Shown here: piece after piece, positions 41,195 through 51,608 of the stretch
How positions within the stretch are numbered: position 1 is the first letter of the stretch
How the letters are laid out: each line of letters begins with the position of its first letter
Source of the DNA: Candidatus Magasanikbacteria bacterium GW2011_GWA2_37_8
Lineage (GTDB): Bacteria; Patescibacteriota; Patescibacteriia; Magasanikbacterales; GWA2-37-8
Assembly (NCBI GenBank): GCA_000992085.1
Contig: LBTN01000005.1
Location: forward strand, 4,999 to 68,998
Direction of reading: 5' to 3'
DNA: 64,000 bases
Notes under the pieces: generated by a model
Databases searched by the model: none
The model's input: the letters and a program-made list of their open reading frames with translations, nothing else
Told to the model about the DNA's origin: nothing
Program-made: the position numbers and the translations under genes

Positions 41195-41668
41195 TTAACC
41201 TCTTTTTTTATTTTTACCTCTATGCGTTGGTTGCAAACTATGACAATTTGGGCATAGAATCTGTAAATTTTCTATTCTATTATCATGTCTATCGCCATTA
41301 ATATGATCAAGTTCGAGCGGAATTCTACCATCTAGTGCTTTCTTAGCCCAACCACATTTTTCACATTCTGGTTTTTTTAAACCAACCATGAACAATCTTT
41401 TCTTTAATTTAAAACTCTGAAAATCATTATTTTTAACCAAAATATCTTTTAACGATAACCTCGGTTTGCCAATTCCTTTCATTCCTTTGTTCCAAGCCAT
41501 TCCTGTAAAATGATCACTGCTAATTTTATTTTCAAGAATTGTTTTCTTTACCTGTGCATAATTACCGCCTGCCTCAACCAAACCAAGCTTTCCGATAACT
41601 TGACGAATACTGGTAGAATTTTTAACCGCGACCCGTAATTGCTCAATTGTCCATTTTTTCTTTTTCAT
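41195..41668 (-). CDS. Free-standing HNH endonuclease
   Basis: CEKC, LELDHINGDRHDNRIENLQILCPNCH. Confidence 0.92.
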   Translation of the reverse strand: MKKKKWTIEQLRVAVKNSTSIRQVIGKLGLVEAGGNYAQVKKTILENKISSDHFTGMAWNKGMKGIGKPRLSLKDILVKNNDFQSFKLKKRLFMVGLKKPECEKCGWAKKALDGRIPLELDHINGDRHDNRIENLQILCPNCHSLQPTHRGKNKKRG

Positions 41669-41734
41669 ATGTTACTTACTATAACATATGGCAGACAAAT
41701 AAGCAATGGTTTTACTGTACGTATACCAATATAT

Positions 41735-41903
41735 TTTTTCCTCGGCAAAAAGCTGCGAGAAGAGTTGCATGTTTTAGCTAACGGGCCAAATTCATAAAAC
41801 GCCGTTCCTGGTCAAAAAAATGAAAAGGAAAGGAGAGAGAATGCTTTAGAAATTCGATCCGGTTGAGACATCAACTCTATCGCAGCTTACTACCGAGAAA
41901 CTG
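41735..41903 (-). ncRNA. Candidate rod-shaped ncRNA (6S-like)
   Basis: TTGACA-17-TACAAT promoter (41938-41910); long closing stem, central bubble, inner stem. Confidence 0.5.
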
Positions 41904-42127
41904 TTCAGAATTGTAATAAGAAAACAGAGTTATGTCAAGCTGTGGATAAGATTTGTAAAAAATATTTTTCTAAAACACTAATTTTTTTTAACTTCTTCTA
42001 CAAATTATCAAATAATTTACAAAAGAAGTTACGGAGACACGTGAGTCGCCGCGTCCTTCTAGTCGTTTGATTCAATTCCGCCACTAGCAGAAATGAACAC
42101 TGGGACGACTAGCCCTCCTTGTTCTCG

Positions 42128-42622
42128 CTACTTCGCCGGAACGCCGGCAACAACCATTTGCTGGAGGAGACAGAGACCATCGTTGGGCGATATAATTTCA
42201 TCGTACGTGTCGACCAACCACACCAGCCTACCCAAGGCGTTCGTCACGCTGGCGAAGTGACATCCGTGATTATGCATGTTGTTGTGATACCACATGTGTT
42301 TGCGATAAAAGATATCACCATGTTGCTTACCTTCTCCGCAGTTGCAAACACGGAACTCCCACGTAGTTGTGAAACCGTCTGGCAACGGCGCCGACCAGAT
42401 CTGCTCTACCAGTTGGGAATGCAAGATCGCTAGACCACCATTCGACGCAACCTGCGTGAAATCATCACGCCTTTTCTGGTCAGACGGCTCGCTTCCAATC
42501 ACGCGCAGAAGATCGTCGATCGTGAAAATCAGGTGGCTCGGCGCAGACATGTGGTCGTACAGATATACGGCCTTGATCTGACAGGCCAGCAGCAGCGCAT
42601 GAGTTGCCCAGAAAAGTTCCAT
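42128..42622 (-). CDS. GC-rich orphan protein (His/Cys-rich C-terminal half)
   Basis: GGAGG SD before ATG 42622; GC above background. Confidence 0.55.
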   Translation of the reverse strand: MELFWATHALLLACQIKAVYLYDHMSAPSHLIFTIDDLLRVIGSEPSDQKRRDDFTQVASNGGLAILHSQLVEQIWSAPLPDGFTTTWEFRVCNCGEGKQHGDIFYRKHMWYHNNMHNHGCHFASVTNALGRLVWLVDTYDEIISPNDGLCLLQQMVVAGVPAK

Positions 42623-42771
42623 TGCAAATTCCTCCATCACAGTTTTCGCCCCCTCAAAACAAATGAGGGAAAGAAAAAGAAAAAATTTTCCCTTTCTTCC
42701 CCTCATTTAATCAATAACTACTTAAATAAACATAGAACAAATTTCACAATCTGTCAATCATCCCTTAACAA

Positions 42772-43199
42772 TTATTTTGTCCACTTTATTTCTTCAATCC
42801 CACTATTCATATTCAACCACCTTCCCAACACAAACAAACAATCGCTTAAACGATTCAAATATTTTTTAATATTATTATCAATTTTATATTTCTCGGACAA
42901 ACAATCCATTTTTCTAATTTTGTAATTTCGCTACTTTTTAATTTTGGTATATTTTTTAATTCTGTTTGCACCGCTGCTAAATTGGCACCAACCACAAACA
43001 AACACCGCTGAATATTTATTAGTTTATTTTTTTCCTGTTTAAAATCTTCCTCCACTTCTTCAATCACCACTCCCAAAAAAGCATTAAGCTCATCCACCTC
43101 CCCAATCGCATCCATTTCAATACAAGATTTACAAACCCGCTTTCCACCAAGCAAAGAAGTTTTTCCACTATCCCCAGTTTTAGTATAAATTTTTGGCAT
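42772..43199 (-). pseudogene. PduO-type cob(I)alamin adenosyltransferase with frameshifting internal deletion
   Basis: KIYTKTGDSG.T..GEVDELNA N-terminus; YLNRLSDCLF C-terminus in another frame; RRAER segment missing. Confidence 0.8.
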
Positions 43200-43252
43200 A
43201 TACTTTAATATATAATTTTAAACTTTGTATATTAAATTAAATCATAAAATTT

Positions 43253-43996
43253 CTACTCTGGCAAAGAATTCCACAACATCTCAAAAATTTCTTTATGCAT
43301 TTGTATAATACTTTTATTTTCAATCACCAACGCAATAGCTGGATCTGCAAGTTGATGTATCAAAACTTTTGACGGTATTAGATTTAAATTAGTAGTCAAT
43401 TTTGTTTTATCAGGCAAAATTTTTACTTTAAAATTAAAATTTTTCTCGTACTTTTTATAATATCTGGCTTTTTCTGAATTTTGTAAAAGTAAACGTACTT
43501 TTATATTCAGTTTACTTCTTCTCTCCACAAATTTAGAAAAATATTTTTCATCGGCCTTACTCCATGTTTCTGTATCAGACAAAACTAAATATTCCTCATG
43601 TGGCTTTACAGAATTAAGCAAATTTTCGTAGGCAGATTTAATCGATTCCAGCCCTTCATAATATTTAATAAAAGCCCCACTTGGTTTTGTCTCGTACAAT
43701 GCTGAAATCTCTGGAAAAACTTTTTTAAAATTATTCTTTTTTAATTCAAGCATGGCTTCTAATTTATCCGGACTGGCAGCCACAAAAAATTCTTTCCAAC
43801 CATGCATTTCTACACTGATTAAACCTTTTCTTTTTAACAATTCTATCACCGAATATACTGTTGTTCTCTTAACATCTGCAGATTGAGCAATTCTAGCAAC
43901 CGAAGCCAAACCTAAAGCCAGAATTGCCAAATAAACCCGAGCTTCATGTTCGTTTAACCCCAAATCAATTAATGCGTTGATATGCTTTTTTTCCAT
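43253..43996 (-). CDS. TrmB-family transcriptional regulator
   Basis: LGL.EHEARVYLA, RTTVY..L..L...GL wHTH, YYEG. Confidence 0.88.
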   Translation of the reverse strand: MEKKHINALIDLGLNEHEARVYLAILALGLASVARIAQSADVKRTTVYSVIELLKRKGLISVEMHGWKEFFVAASPDKLEAMLELKKNNFKKVFPEISALYETKPSGAFIKYYEGLESIKSAYENLLNSVKPHEEYLVLSDTETWSKADEKYFSKFVERRSKLNIKVRLLLQNSEKARYYKKYEKNFNFKVKILPDKTKLTTNLNLIPSKVLIHQLADPAIALVIENKSIIQMHKEIFEMLWNSLPE

Positions 43997-44157
43997 ATTT
44001 TGTCATTTTAGTCGTCAACAATAAATATTGTAACATAAGCCAAAATATAAGTCAATATTTATATATTGTTGACAAAAATGACAATCATTTAACTTTCTAC
44101 TATAATTATTTGTCAAGCTAAGTGGTGGCTTGATAGCAACAAACGGAGGAGACATAA

Positions 44158-44685
44158 ATGTCCAAGCGAAAATGGAAAGCTATTGCCCGACTCTCGGACA
44201 ATCGTACGAGAATCGCAGTGTCACTCGCCACGGATCCAAAAATTTTAGCCTGTTACGAGCGCGGTTTCCCACATCTGTTCACCGAAGGTGACGACGAAGG
44301 ATCGCTCCATGTTCCACTCTCGGCGCTGATGGAAGCAGCGGAAGAGTTCTCCCGGGATCAATATCCTGACGAGCCCCAGTTCTGGACCATCGATAGACAC
44401 TTTACTCTTGACTTCGCAGGAGAATACTACTCACACCTCCGTATTCCCAATACCTACATGTGGGAATGGGAAGAAGACGAAATCCCCGACTACGTAATCA
44501 ACCAACTTGCTGGCCAGAAGGCCCAAGCCGGATTGGTTGTAGAAATCAACAGGGAGAAATACGTGGTCACAAGCATTACTTTCGACGGCGATTGTCCGGT
44601 TGAAATCGGCGAGATCTTTCAGACACCACCTCCGGTCGTCGCCATACACCTTTGTCTGGTCGACTTCATCGCCCTGGACAAGTAA
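44158..44685 (+). CDS. GC-rich orphan protein
   Basis: TTGACA..TATAAT promoter, GGAGG SD, 175 codons. Confidence 0.6.
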   Translation: MSKRKWKAIARLSDNRTRIAVSLATDPKILACYERGFPHLFTEGDDEGSLHVPLSALMEAAEEFSRDQYPDEPQFWTIDRHFTLDFAGEYYSHLRIPNTYMWEWEEDEIPDYVINQLAGQKAQAGLVVEINREKYVVTSITFDGDCPVEIGEIFQTPPPVVAIHLCLVDFIALDK

Positions 44686-44850
44686 AGCAAACAGCGGTTC
44701 TCATCCACTCGTGTGCGCCCGACACGTTCAAAACGGGCACTCACTCAAAGTATTTAATTTTTTTAAATATTTTGAGAGCAACAAAAATCCGCGGAGTGCG
44801 GATTTTTGTTTTACTTTATAAACTTTATAACTTTCAACTTTACTAACTTC

Positions 44851-47800
44851 CTAACTACACCCCGTCGTACTTCCACAATTCAAACACTTATAACAACTTC
44901 CATTCCTAATCGTAATATGCCCACAAGTTGGACAGGGTGGCGCGTCACCCATCATTCCCGACAACTGTTGATCGGCGGCACTGCCAACCACGGCGGTGGT
45001 AGTTTTGGTTGCAATTGTATCATTGGTCTTTGGCAAATTCGGCAAACTCATTTGGTCTTTATCAACTGTTTCTTTTAAAATCAACTTTTCTTTTTCAATT
45101 TCATCATCATCTTTTTCTTTTAAATCCAAGGTTGTTTGCCCTTGCATTTCGGCAGCCATTTTTGCCATTTGTTCGGCACGATTTTTTTGAATGCCATTTG
45201 GTTTTACTTGTACAAAATCGGTGCGCCCCAAATATTCCATTCCCAAAATTCTAAACACCAAATCTATCACTGAAGTACAACTACGAATATTAGGATGATC
45301 GGTCATGCCGCTTGGCTCAAACCGAGTAAAAGTAAATTTATCAACATATTCTTCTAGTGGAATACCATATTGCAAACCAGTGGAAATGGAAATGGCAAAC
45401 AAATTTAACACCGATCGAAACGCGGCCCCTTCTTTGTACATATCGATAAACACCTCACCCAACTTTCCATCTGGATATTCGCCAGTGCGTAAAAATACTT
45501 TTTGCCCGCCCACTTTGGCTTTGATAGTTAAGCCACTGCGTTTATATGGCATGCGACGTTGTTCGCCATGAATATAAATCTGAGTACCTTGCACAGTGCC
45601 ATCATGCGCATATTTTGTTTGTGCGTGTTCTTGTGGCACATTTTGCTCCACCCCCGCATTTACCAGCTTCACACTTACCTCACCTTTCGCACCACTCATT
45701 TCTTCTTGATTCTTAATTCCAGATTCTTGATTCTTCTCAACTTTGTCCTCCGCTTTTTTACTTTTACTCGACAACGGTTGCGATAATTTACAACCATCGC
45801 GATAAAGCGCATTGGATTTTAAACCTAATTTCCAAGAAGCCATGTAAGCAATTTTTACATCTTCTACAGTTGCCGAATTAGGCATATTGATAGTTTTGGA
45901 AATGGCACCAGACAAAAATGGTTGCACCGCTGCCATCATACGAATATGACCCAAATAATGAATATAGCGTTGACCCTTTCGGCCATTTTTATTAGCTGTA
46001 TCAAACACGGCATAATGCTCTTTCTTCAAATGTGGTGCACCTTCAATAGTCATTGCCCCACAAACATATTCGTTGGCAGCATTAATAGCATCGGCGTTGT
46101 AACCCAAAGCAGTAAGCAAATTAAAATTGGAATCATTGTACTGTTCGCTAGAAAATCCCAAACGTTCTAAACATTCTTCACCCATTGTCCAAACATTAAA
46201 CGCAAATGGCAGTTCGAATACAGTTGGTAAATTCTTTTCTAACTTGGCCAAATCTTCATCAGTTAATCCTTTTTCTTTTAAAGACTCATGGGTAATGGCT
46301 GGCGCGCCTTTTAAACTGCCGTGGCCTTTTAAATAATCAATCATGTCTGTTATTTGTGTTTCGGTATAACCCAAAGTTTTAAGTGCCACTGGTACAGCTT
46401 CGTTAACAATTTTGAAGTATCCGCCACCAGCTAATTTTTTAAATTTCACTAAAGCAAAATCTGGTTCTACACCAGTGGTAGAACAATCCATTAAAAGTCC
46501 AATTGTTCCGGTTGGCGCTAAACAAGTATTTTGCGCATTTCTAAAGCCATACTTTTCTCCCAGTTCTAACGCTTGATTCCAACTTTCACGAGCAGCCGCC
46601 AGCAAGTAGGCTGGAGCGTATTGTGGATCGATTCCTAAGGGTGGAATAGCCAAACCTTCATATTCATCCGGCTTAGCATTAAACGCTGCCCGACGATGAT
46701 TGCGAATAACGCGCAACATATCGGCCCGATTCATGGCGAATTTATTAAACGGTCCAAGTGCTCGTGCCATTTCGGCCGAGGTAACATATGATTCGGCGTT
46801 TAACAGGGCAGTAATAGAACCAGCAAAAGCCAAGGCTTCGGGAGAATCGTATGGGATACCAGCAGTCATAAGCACACTACCAATATTGGCATAGCCCAAA
46901 CCCAAAGATCTAAAATCATAACTACCCTGGGCAATGGCAGCGCTAGGAAATTGCGCCATTAAAATACTAATTTCCAAAACTGTGGTCCAAGTGCGAGTGG
47001 CATGTTTAAAACCAGCCACATCAAAAGTCATGGTTTCGGAATCGTAAAAATGGGCCAAGTTAATTGAAGCTAAATTGCAGGCAGTGTCATCCAAAAACAT
47101 ATATTCACTGCACGGGTTTGAGGCATTAATACGACCGGATTGCGGACAAGTATGCCAGTCGTTAATGGTGGTATCAAATTGAAGCCCTGGGTCGGCACAA
47201 CTCCAAGCAGCCTGGGCCACTTTGTCCCACAATTCTCTGGCCTTTAAAGTTTTACAAGATCGGCCATCGGTGCGCCATTTTAAATTCCATTCGCCATCAT
47301 TTTCTACTGCTTCCAAAAATTCTTGCATTACACGCACGCTGTTGTTAGAATTTTGGCCAGACACAGTTTGATAGGCTTCACTTTCGTAGGCGCTATCATA
47401 ACCAGCAGCTACCAAAGCAGCTACCTTTTTTTCTTCTTTAACTTTCCATTCAATAAATTCTTCAATATCAGGATGATCAACATTTAAAATTACCATTTTA
47501 GCAGCGCGACGAGTAGTACCACCAGATTTGATTGCGCCAGCAGCACGATCACCAATACGCAACCAACTCATAAGGCCAGACGAAGATCCACCACCAGATA
47601 ATTTTTCTCCTGATCCGCGTAAGTTAGAAAAATTTGTTCCAGTACCAGAACCATATTTAAATAGTCGTGCTTCACGCACCCACAAATCCATAATACCACC
47701 TTCATTTACCAAATCATCTTTTACCGATTGGATAAAACAATTATGAACTACCACACCGTTAGCACAAAATAATTTATTTTTCTTTTCTTCGGAAACAAAA

Positions 47801-49317
47801 CCAATTAATTCGGCAAATTTTTTCCGTTCAGAAAAATAAGAAACGCTTAATTGATAACTTTGATGACGATCTACTCGTTTTTCACTATTAGGGGTTAGAT
47901 TAGAATAAACACCAAGTTCAAGTAAAAGTATTTGCACCTCATGCAATAATTTTTCAGAAATTGAAGTAAGCACAACATCACCACAATTATGGCTTTCATC
48001 GTTACGTTGACGTACACAACCATCAGCTTGAAATAAACCGTGCAAAAATGCTGCCTTCTCTGCCACTGTACCAGACATAATGATTGTTGGTACTTGAGCT
48101 AAAGACGAATTATAATTTACTTGATATTCATTTACAAAAGTATCGGCCTCTTTAGAATTAAAATGCACCACCCGATACAAATCACTTACTTCTTTACGTA
48201 TAGTAACAGTATGATGACCAAAAATATTGTCCATCAAACGTACTGCTTCAACAAATTCGTCGTCATTAATAGTAATTATACCAAACATCGTAGTTTTTTG
48301 ATTACGACCATATTTACCATAAAAACCGTCACCTAATACCCAACCTGCCAATTCAGCCTTATCTATTTTTATTTGCTCAACTTGGTTTTTTTCTGCTTGT
48401 GGCAAAGAATACTGCTGTACTCTATTACCTAACAAATCTTTAAACTCACACCAATCATACTTCCCGCCGTCCTTAGCTCGCATATCTGCCGACCAAACCA
48501 AATGATCATCAGTAAAATCTAAATAATTACCATTTTTTAAAGTGGCACGATACAATTTTTTAATTCCATTATTTTTTACTGCCAAAACTTTAACAAATTT
48601 TTCACCATCAAAAATTTTAATGTCGGTTAAATTTTCTTCAACTACATCGCCTAAATTCAAAATTCCTTTTTCAGTAAATAATTTTGTATCATACCGGCCA
48701 CAAGCATGTGGTTGGGGGTGAGTATATGCATCAGTTGATTGGGTTAATACACCGGTGTTAGGATCAACATAATAGTGACCTTGAGCCGGGCCGTTAATTC
48801 CGTATGCCCATTGCAAACCAGTGTTAAACCATTGTGGTGAATTGGGCGCAGCCAATTGGCCAATAATCATATACACCAATTCGTCATAAAAAATTTCGGC
48901 GTCTTCGGCTGAAGCAAAATAACTATATTTTTCTCCCCAATAGCGCCAAGTGCCAGCCATACGATGAGCCACTTGTTTAATACTGTGTTCAGAACCCAAA
49001 ATTGGAGTACCGTCTTCTTTTAATTGTGGTGTACCATCGGCGTTGTATTGGGGCACACCCGCTTTACGAAAATATTTTTGCGCCAAAATATCAGTAGCCA
49101 CTTGCGACCAAGTTTTTGGCACTTCTACATCAAGCATTTCAAAAATTAATTTACCACTTGGTTCACGAATAACCGACGAACGCAATTCGTATTCAAACAA
49201 ATCATACGGACTTACACCACTTTTGGTAAAATATCTTTCAAAGTGTAGACCATTTTCTATATCGTATTTAAAATCATTATCTTTTACAAAAACTTTAGTG
49301 GCGGCAGCAGTATTCAT
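44851..49317 (-). CDS. nrdJ: Class II (B12-dependent) ribonucleotide reductase with intein and C-terminal TSCPD/Zn-ribbon
   Basis: PNSPQWFN, ASNPCSEY, APTGTI, GAISKTIN, terminal CPTC..CLNC. Confidence 0.96.
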   Translation of the reverse strand: MNTAAATKVFVKDNDFKYDIENGLHFERYFTKSGVSPYDLFEYELRSSVIREPSGKLIFEMLDVEVPKTWSQVATDILAQKYFRKAGVPQYNADGTPQLKEDGTPILGSEHSIKQVAHRMAGTWRYWGEKYSYFASAEDAEIFYDELVYMIIGQLAAPNSPQWFNTGLQWAYGINGPAQGHYYVDPNTGVLTQSTDAYTHPQPHACGRYDTKLFTEKGILNLGDVVEENLTDIKIFDGEKFVKVLAVKNNGIKKLYRATLKNGNYLDFTDDHLVWSADMRAKDGGKYDWCEFKDLLGNRVQQYSLPQAEKNQVEQIKIDKAELAGWVLGDGFYGKYGRNQKTTMFGIITINDDEFVEAVRLMDNIFGHHTVTIRKEVSDLYRVVHFNSKEADTFVNEYQVNYNSSLAQVPTIIMSGTVAEKAAFLHGLFQADGCVRQRNDESHNCGDVVLTSISEKLLHEVQILLLELGVYSNLTPNSEKRVDRHQSYQLSVSYFSERKKFAELIGFVSEEKKNKLFCANGVVVHNCFIQSVKDDLVNEGGIMDLWVREARLFKYGSGTGTNFSNLRGSGEKLSGGGSSSGLMSWLRIGDRAAGAIKSGGTTRRAAKMVILNVDHPDIEEFIEWKVKEEKKVAALVAAGYDSAYESEAYQTVSGQNSNNSVRVMQEFLEAVENDGEWNLKWRTDGRSCKTLKARELWDKVAQAAWSCADPGLQFDTTINDWHTCPQSGRINASNPCSEYMFLDDTACNLASINLAHFYDSETMTFDVAGFKHATRTWTTVLEISILMAQFPSAAIAQGSYDFRSLGLGYANIGSVLMTAGIPYDSPEALAFAGSITALLNAESYVTSAEMARALGPFNKFAMNRADMLRVIRNHRRAAFNAKPDEYEGLAIPPLGIDPQYAPAYLLAAARESWNQALELGEKYGFRNAQNTCLAPTGTIGLLMDCSTTGVEPDFALVKFKKLAGGGYFKIVNEAVPVALKTLGYTETQITDMIDYLKGHGSLKGAPAITHESLKEKGLTDEDLAKLEKNLPTVFELPFAFNVWTMGEECLERLGFSSEQYNDSNFNLLTALGYNADAINAANEYVCGAMTIEGAPHLKKEHYAVFDTANKNGRKGQRYIHYLGHIRMMAAVQPFLSGAISKTINMPNSATVEDVKIAYMASWKLGLKSNALYRDGCKLSQPLSSKSKKAEDKVEKNQESGIKNQEEMSGAKGEVSVKLVNAGVEQNVPQEHAQTKYAHDGTVQGTQIYIHGEQRRMPYKRSGLTIKAKVGGQKVFLRTGEYPDGKLGEVFIDMYKEGAAFRSVLNLFAISISTGLQYGIPLEEYVDKFTFTRFEPSGMTDHPNIRSCTSVIDLVFRILGMEYLGRTDFVQVKPNGIQKNRAEQMAKMAAEMQGQTTLDLKEKDDDEIEKEKLILKETVDKDQMSLPNLPKTNDTIATKTTTAVVGSAADQQLSGMMGDAPPCPTCGHITIRNGSCYKCLNCGSTTGCS
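47740..48702 (-). mobile_element. LAGLIDADG-containing intein in NrdJ
   Basis: QPHA|CGRYDT ... NGVVVHN|CFI; LAGWVLGDG and FLHGLFQADG motifs. Confidence 0.9.
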
Positions 49318-49362
49318 AATATTAAAATTAGAAGTTTGAAAAAATTATCTTTTTAAGTATTA

Positions 49363-49410
49363 ATACTATATGTTGTGTTGGAAAATATATTTAAGCACTA
49401 CATACAGTAT
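49363..49410. promoter_or_regulatory. Tandem NrdR boxes
   Basis: ATACTATATGTTGTGT and GCACTACATACAGTAT, starts 32 bp apart, upstream of nrdJ. Confidence 0.75.
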
Positions 49411-49591
49411 TTATTTTAGTGCCTTAACATTATATCATACTTGGCAGTGCCCCACCAAATGGCTAGCTTTTTTGCCTAACTTAAGGGAAAAACCCATAAA
49501 AAAATAACTCATACTAAATGAGTTATCCACAGCGCACCACAGGGGGTACACTGTTGGCACGTCGGGTGCACTGCTGACCCGCTTTTAAAAG

Positions 49592-50056
49592 TTATTCTAG
49601 GCCTAATTTCTGTAATAATGCTTGGGCTTGGGTTTTGGCGGCTGCTTCTAGTTCTATTTCACTGCCTTCAAAACCTTGTTCACGTAACTCTCGTGCTTCT
49701 TCCTGCTCTAAGGCAGACCGCAGATCAGTTAATTCCGACCGTAAACCAGCCAACTTTTTTTGAAGAGATTCTACTGTCTTTTTGTCCTGCTCTACTGCTG
49801 GAATACCATCATCAGATAATTGCAGTTGGGCACGAATTGCCTGCACAGCCTTAACCACCTGTTGCATATTGGCCAAAATATTTTGAATTTGCTGTTTAGT
49901 AGATTTGATTTCACGCGAAACCAACTCCACCCGCTCGCGAGCCGCTGCTTTTTTGTCTTCCACCGATTCTTTCTTTTCTCTAGCTTCAGCAGCCGCTTCA
50001 ACATTTTCTGCGCTTCGCCGTCTTAAATTTTCACTTTCATTTTCAAATAAATTCAT
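49592..50056 (-). CDS. Coiled-coil hypothetical protein
   Basis: E/K/Q/A-rich heptads. Confidence 0.6.
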   Translation of the reverse strand: MNLFENESENLRRRSAENVEAAAEAREKKESVEDKKAAARERVELVSREIKSTKQQIQNILANMQQVVKAVQAIRAQLQLSDDGIPAVEQDKKTVESLQKKLAGLRSELTDLRSALEQEEARELREQGFEGSEIELEAAAKTQAQALLQKLGLE

Positions 50057-50136
50057 AGTAACATTATTATACCATCATTAATAATTTTGTTAAGTATGTT
50101 TACACCCAAACCTAAACAATATATAATACTAGCCAT

Positions 50137-51234
50137 ATGGAAGAAGAATTAATTGAAATTGAAGAACGGATTATTACCCCTCAAGCCGGAAACGAAGAGG
50201 CGGTTTTTGAAATTACTTTGCGCCCACAGCAGTTGGTAGATTTTGTTGGCCACGAAGAGGCGGTTTTTGAAATTACTTTGCGCCCACAGCAGTTGGTAGA
50301 TTTTGTTGGCCAAGAACAATTAAAACAAAATCTTAATATTGCTATCCAAGCAGCTACAAAACGCGGAGAATCTTTGGAGCATATTATGCTTTATGGTAAT
50401 CCAGGTTTGGGTAAAACTACATTGGCACATATTATCGCCCATGAAATGAATGCCAATATCAAAGTAACTTCTGGCCCAACTTTAGAAAAAGTTGGTGATC
50501 TGGCGGCAATATTATCTAACCTGCAAGAAGGCGACGTTTTGTTTATTGACGAAATTCATCGTTTAAATAAAACCATTGCCGAAGTTTTGTACCCTGCCCT
50601 CGAAGATTATGCACTAGATATTATTATTGGACAAGGCCCAGCCGCTCGTTCGATTCGCGTGCCGCTAGCCCATTTTACTTTAATTGGCGCTACCACCAAA
50701 TTAAGTTCGTTGCCAGGGCCACTACGTGATCGGTTTGGCCATGTATATCATTTAAATTTTTACGAACCAGAAGATATTGAAAAAATTATCAAACGTAATT
50801 CCAATATTTTAAAAGTAAATATCGAACCAGAAGCGCTAGCTTTAATTGCTTCGCGCGCCCGTCGCACCCCGCGCATTGCCAACCGACTTTTAAAACGTGT
50901 GCGCGATTATTCTGAAGTACATGGCAATGGTGGTATGGTTAATAAAAAAATTGCTGGCGAAGCCATGGCGCTACTGGCAATAGATGAATTTGGATTAGAC
51001 GAAATTGATCGACGATTATTAACAATTTTAATTGAAAAATTTGATGGCGGTCCAGCTGGTTTAAACACATTGGCTGCCGCTATTGCCGAAGAAATGGATA
51101 CTATCGAAACAATCTACGAACCGTTTTTGTTACAGATGGGATTTTTGGAACGCACCCCACGCGGTCGCAAAGCCACCAACGCTGCTTATAAACATCTGGG
51201 TTTTGATACCCCAAAAATTGCAACCCTTTTGTAA
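50137..51234 (+). CDS. ruvB: Holliday junction helicase B (with exact 60-nt tandem duplication)
   Basis: [28 protein letters not shown]. Confidence 0.97.
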   Translation: MEEELIEIEERIITPQAGNEEAVFEITLRPQQLVDFVGHEEAVFEITLRPQQLVDFVGQEQLKQNLNIAIQAATKRGESLEHIMLYGNPGLGKTTLAHIIAHEMNANIKVTSGPTLEKVGDLAAILSNLQEGDVLFIDEIHRLNKTIAEVLYPALEDYALDIIIGQGPAARSIRVPLAHFTLIGATTKLSSLPGPLRDRFGHVYHLNFYEPEDIEKIIKRNSNILKVNIEPEALALIASRARRTPRIANRLLKRVRDYSEVHGNGGMVNKKIAGEAMALLAIDEFGLDEIDRRLLTILIEKFDGGPAGLNTLAAAIAEEMDTIETIYEPFLLQMGFLERTPRGRKATNAAYKHLGFDTPKIATLL

Positions 51235-51245
51235 AAATATTGAAT

Positions 51246-51294
51246 TGTCACCCCGAGCGTAGTCGAAGGATCCCTCCGCTACGGTCGGGATGAC
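51246..51294. repeat. REP-like palindrome TGTCACCCCGA..TCGGGATGACA
   Basis: Related to 24845-24910. Confidence 0.6.
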
Positions 51295-51341
51295 AAGTGA
51301 TAATTAGAAATTAATTATTAGAAATTAGAAATTTTCATTAT

Positions 51342-51605
51342 ATGTCCATTCCACTTTATATCTTTCTCTTTATCTATTTTGCCTTTTTAATAATTTTTGT
51401 TTTTTTCTCAGTTGTTAATATAATACATATTATTCGCACTGGCTCCTTAACTTTTGCTAGTTTTATTATTACCACAATAATTGGTGCCATGACTATTTTT
51501 ACCTTATTTTTTACTTGGGCCTTACTTACTGGCACTAATTGGCAAACTCCGGTAAATATTTTAAACATCAATAACGCTAATGATGTTATAAACTTTAACG
51601 TCTAA
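51342..51605 (+). CDS. Small 2-TM membrane protein
   Basis: Two hydrophobic segments. Confidence 0.6.
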   Translation: MSIPLYIFLFIYFAFLIIFVFFSVVNIIHIIRTGSLTFASFIITTIIGAMTIFTLFFTWALLTGTNWQTPVNILNINNANDVINFNV

Positions 51606-51608
51606 TTT

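Noticed and set aside
41195-41668. IscB/HEARO (OMEGA) nuclease
   Set aside because: Only 157 aa, with no PLMP or split RuvC motifs
40900-42000. Replication origin
   Set aside because: Only about three scattered DnaA boxes, no dnaA/dnaN nearby, and no clear skew switch judged by eye
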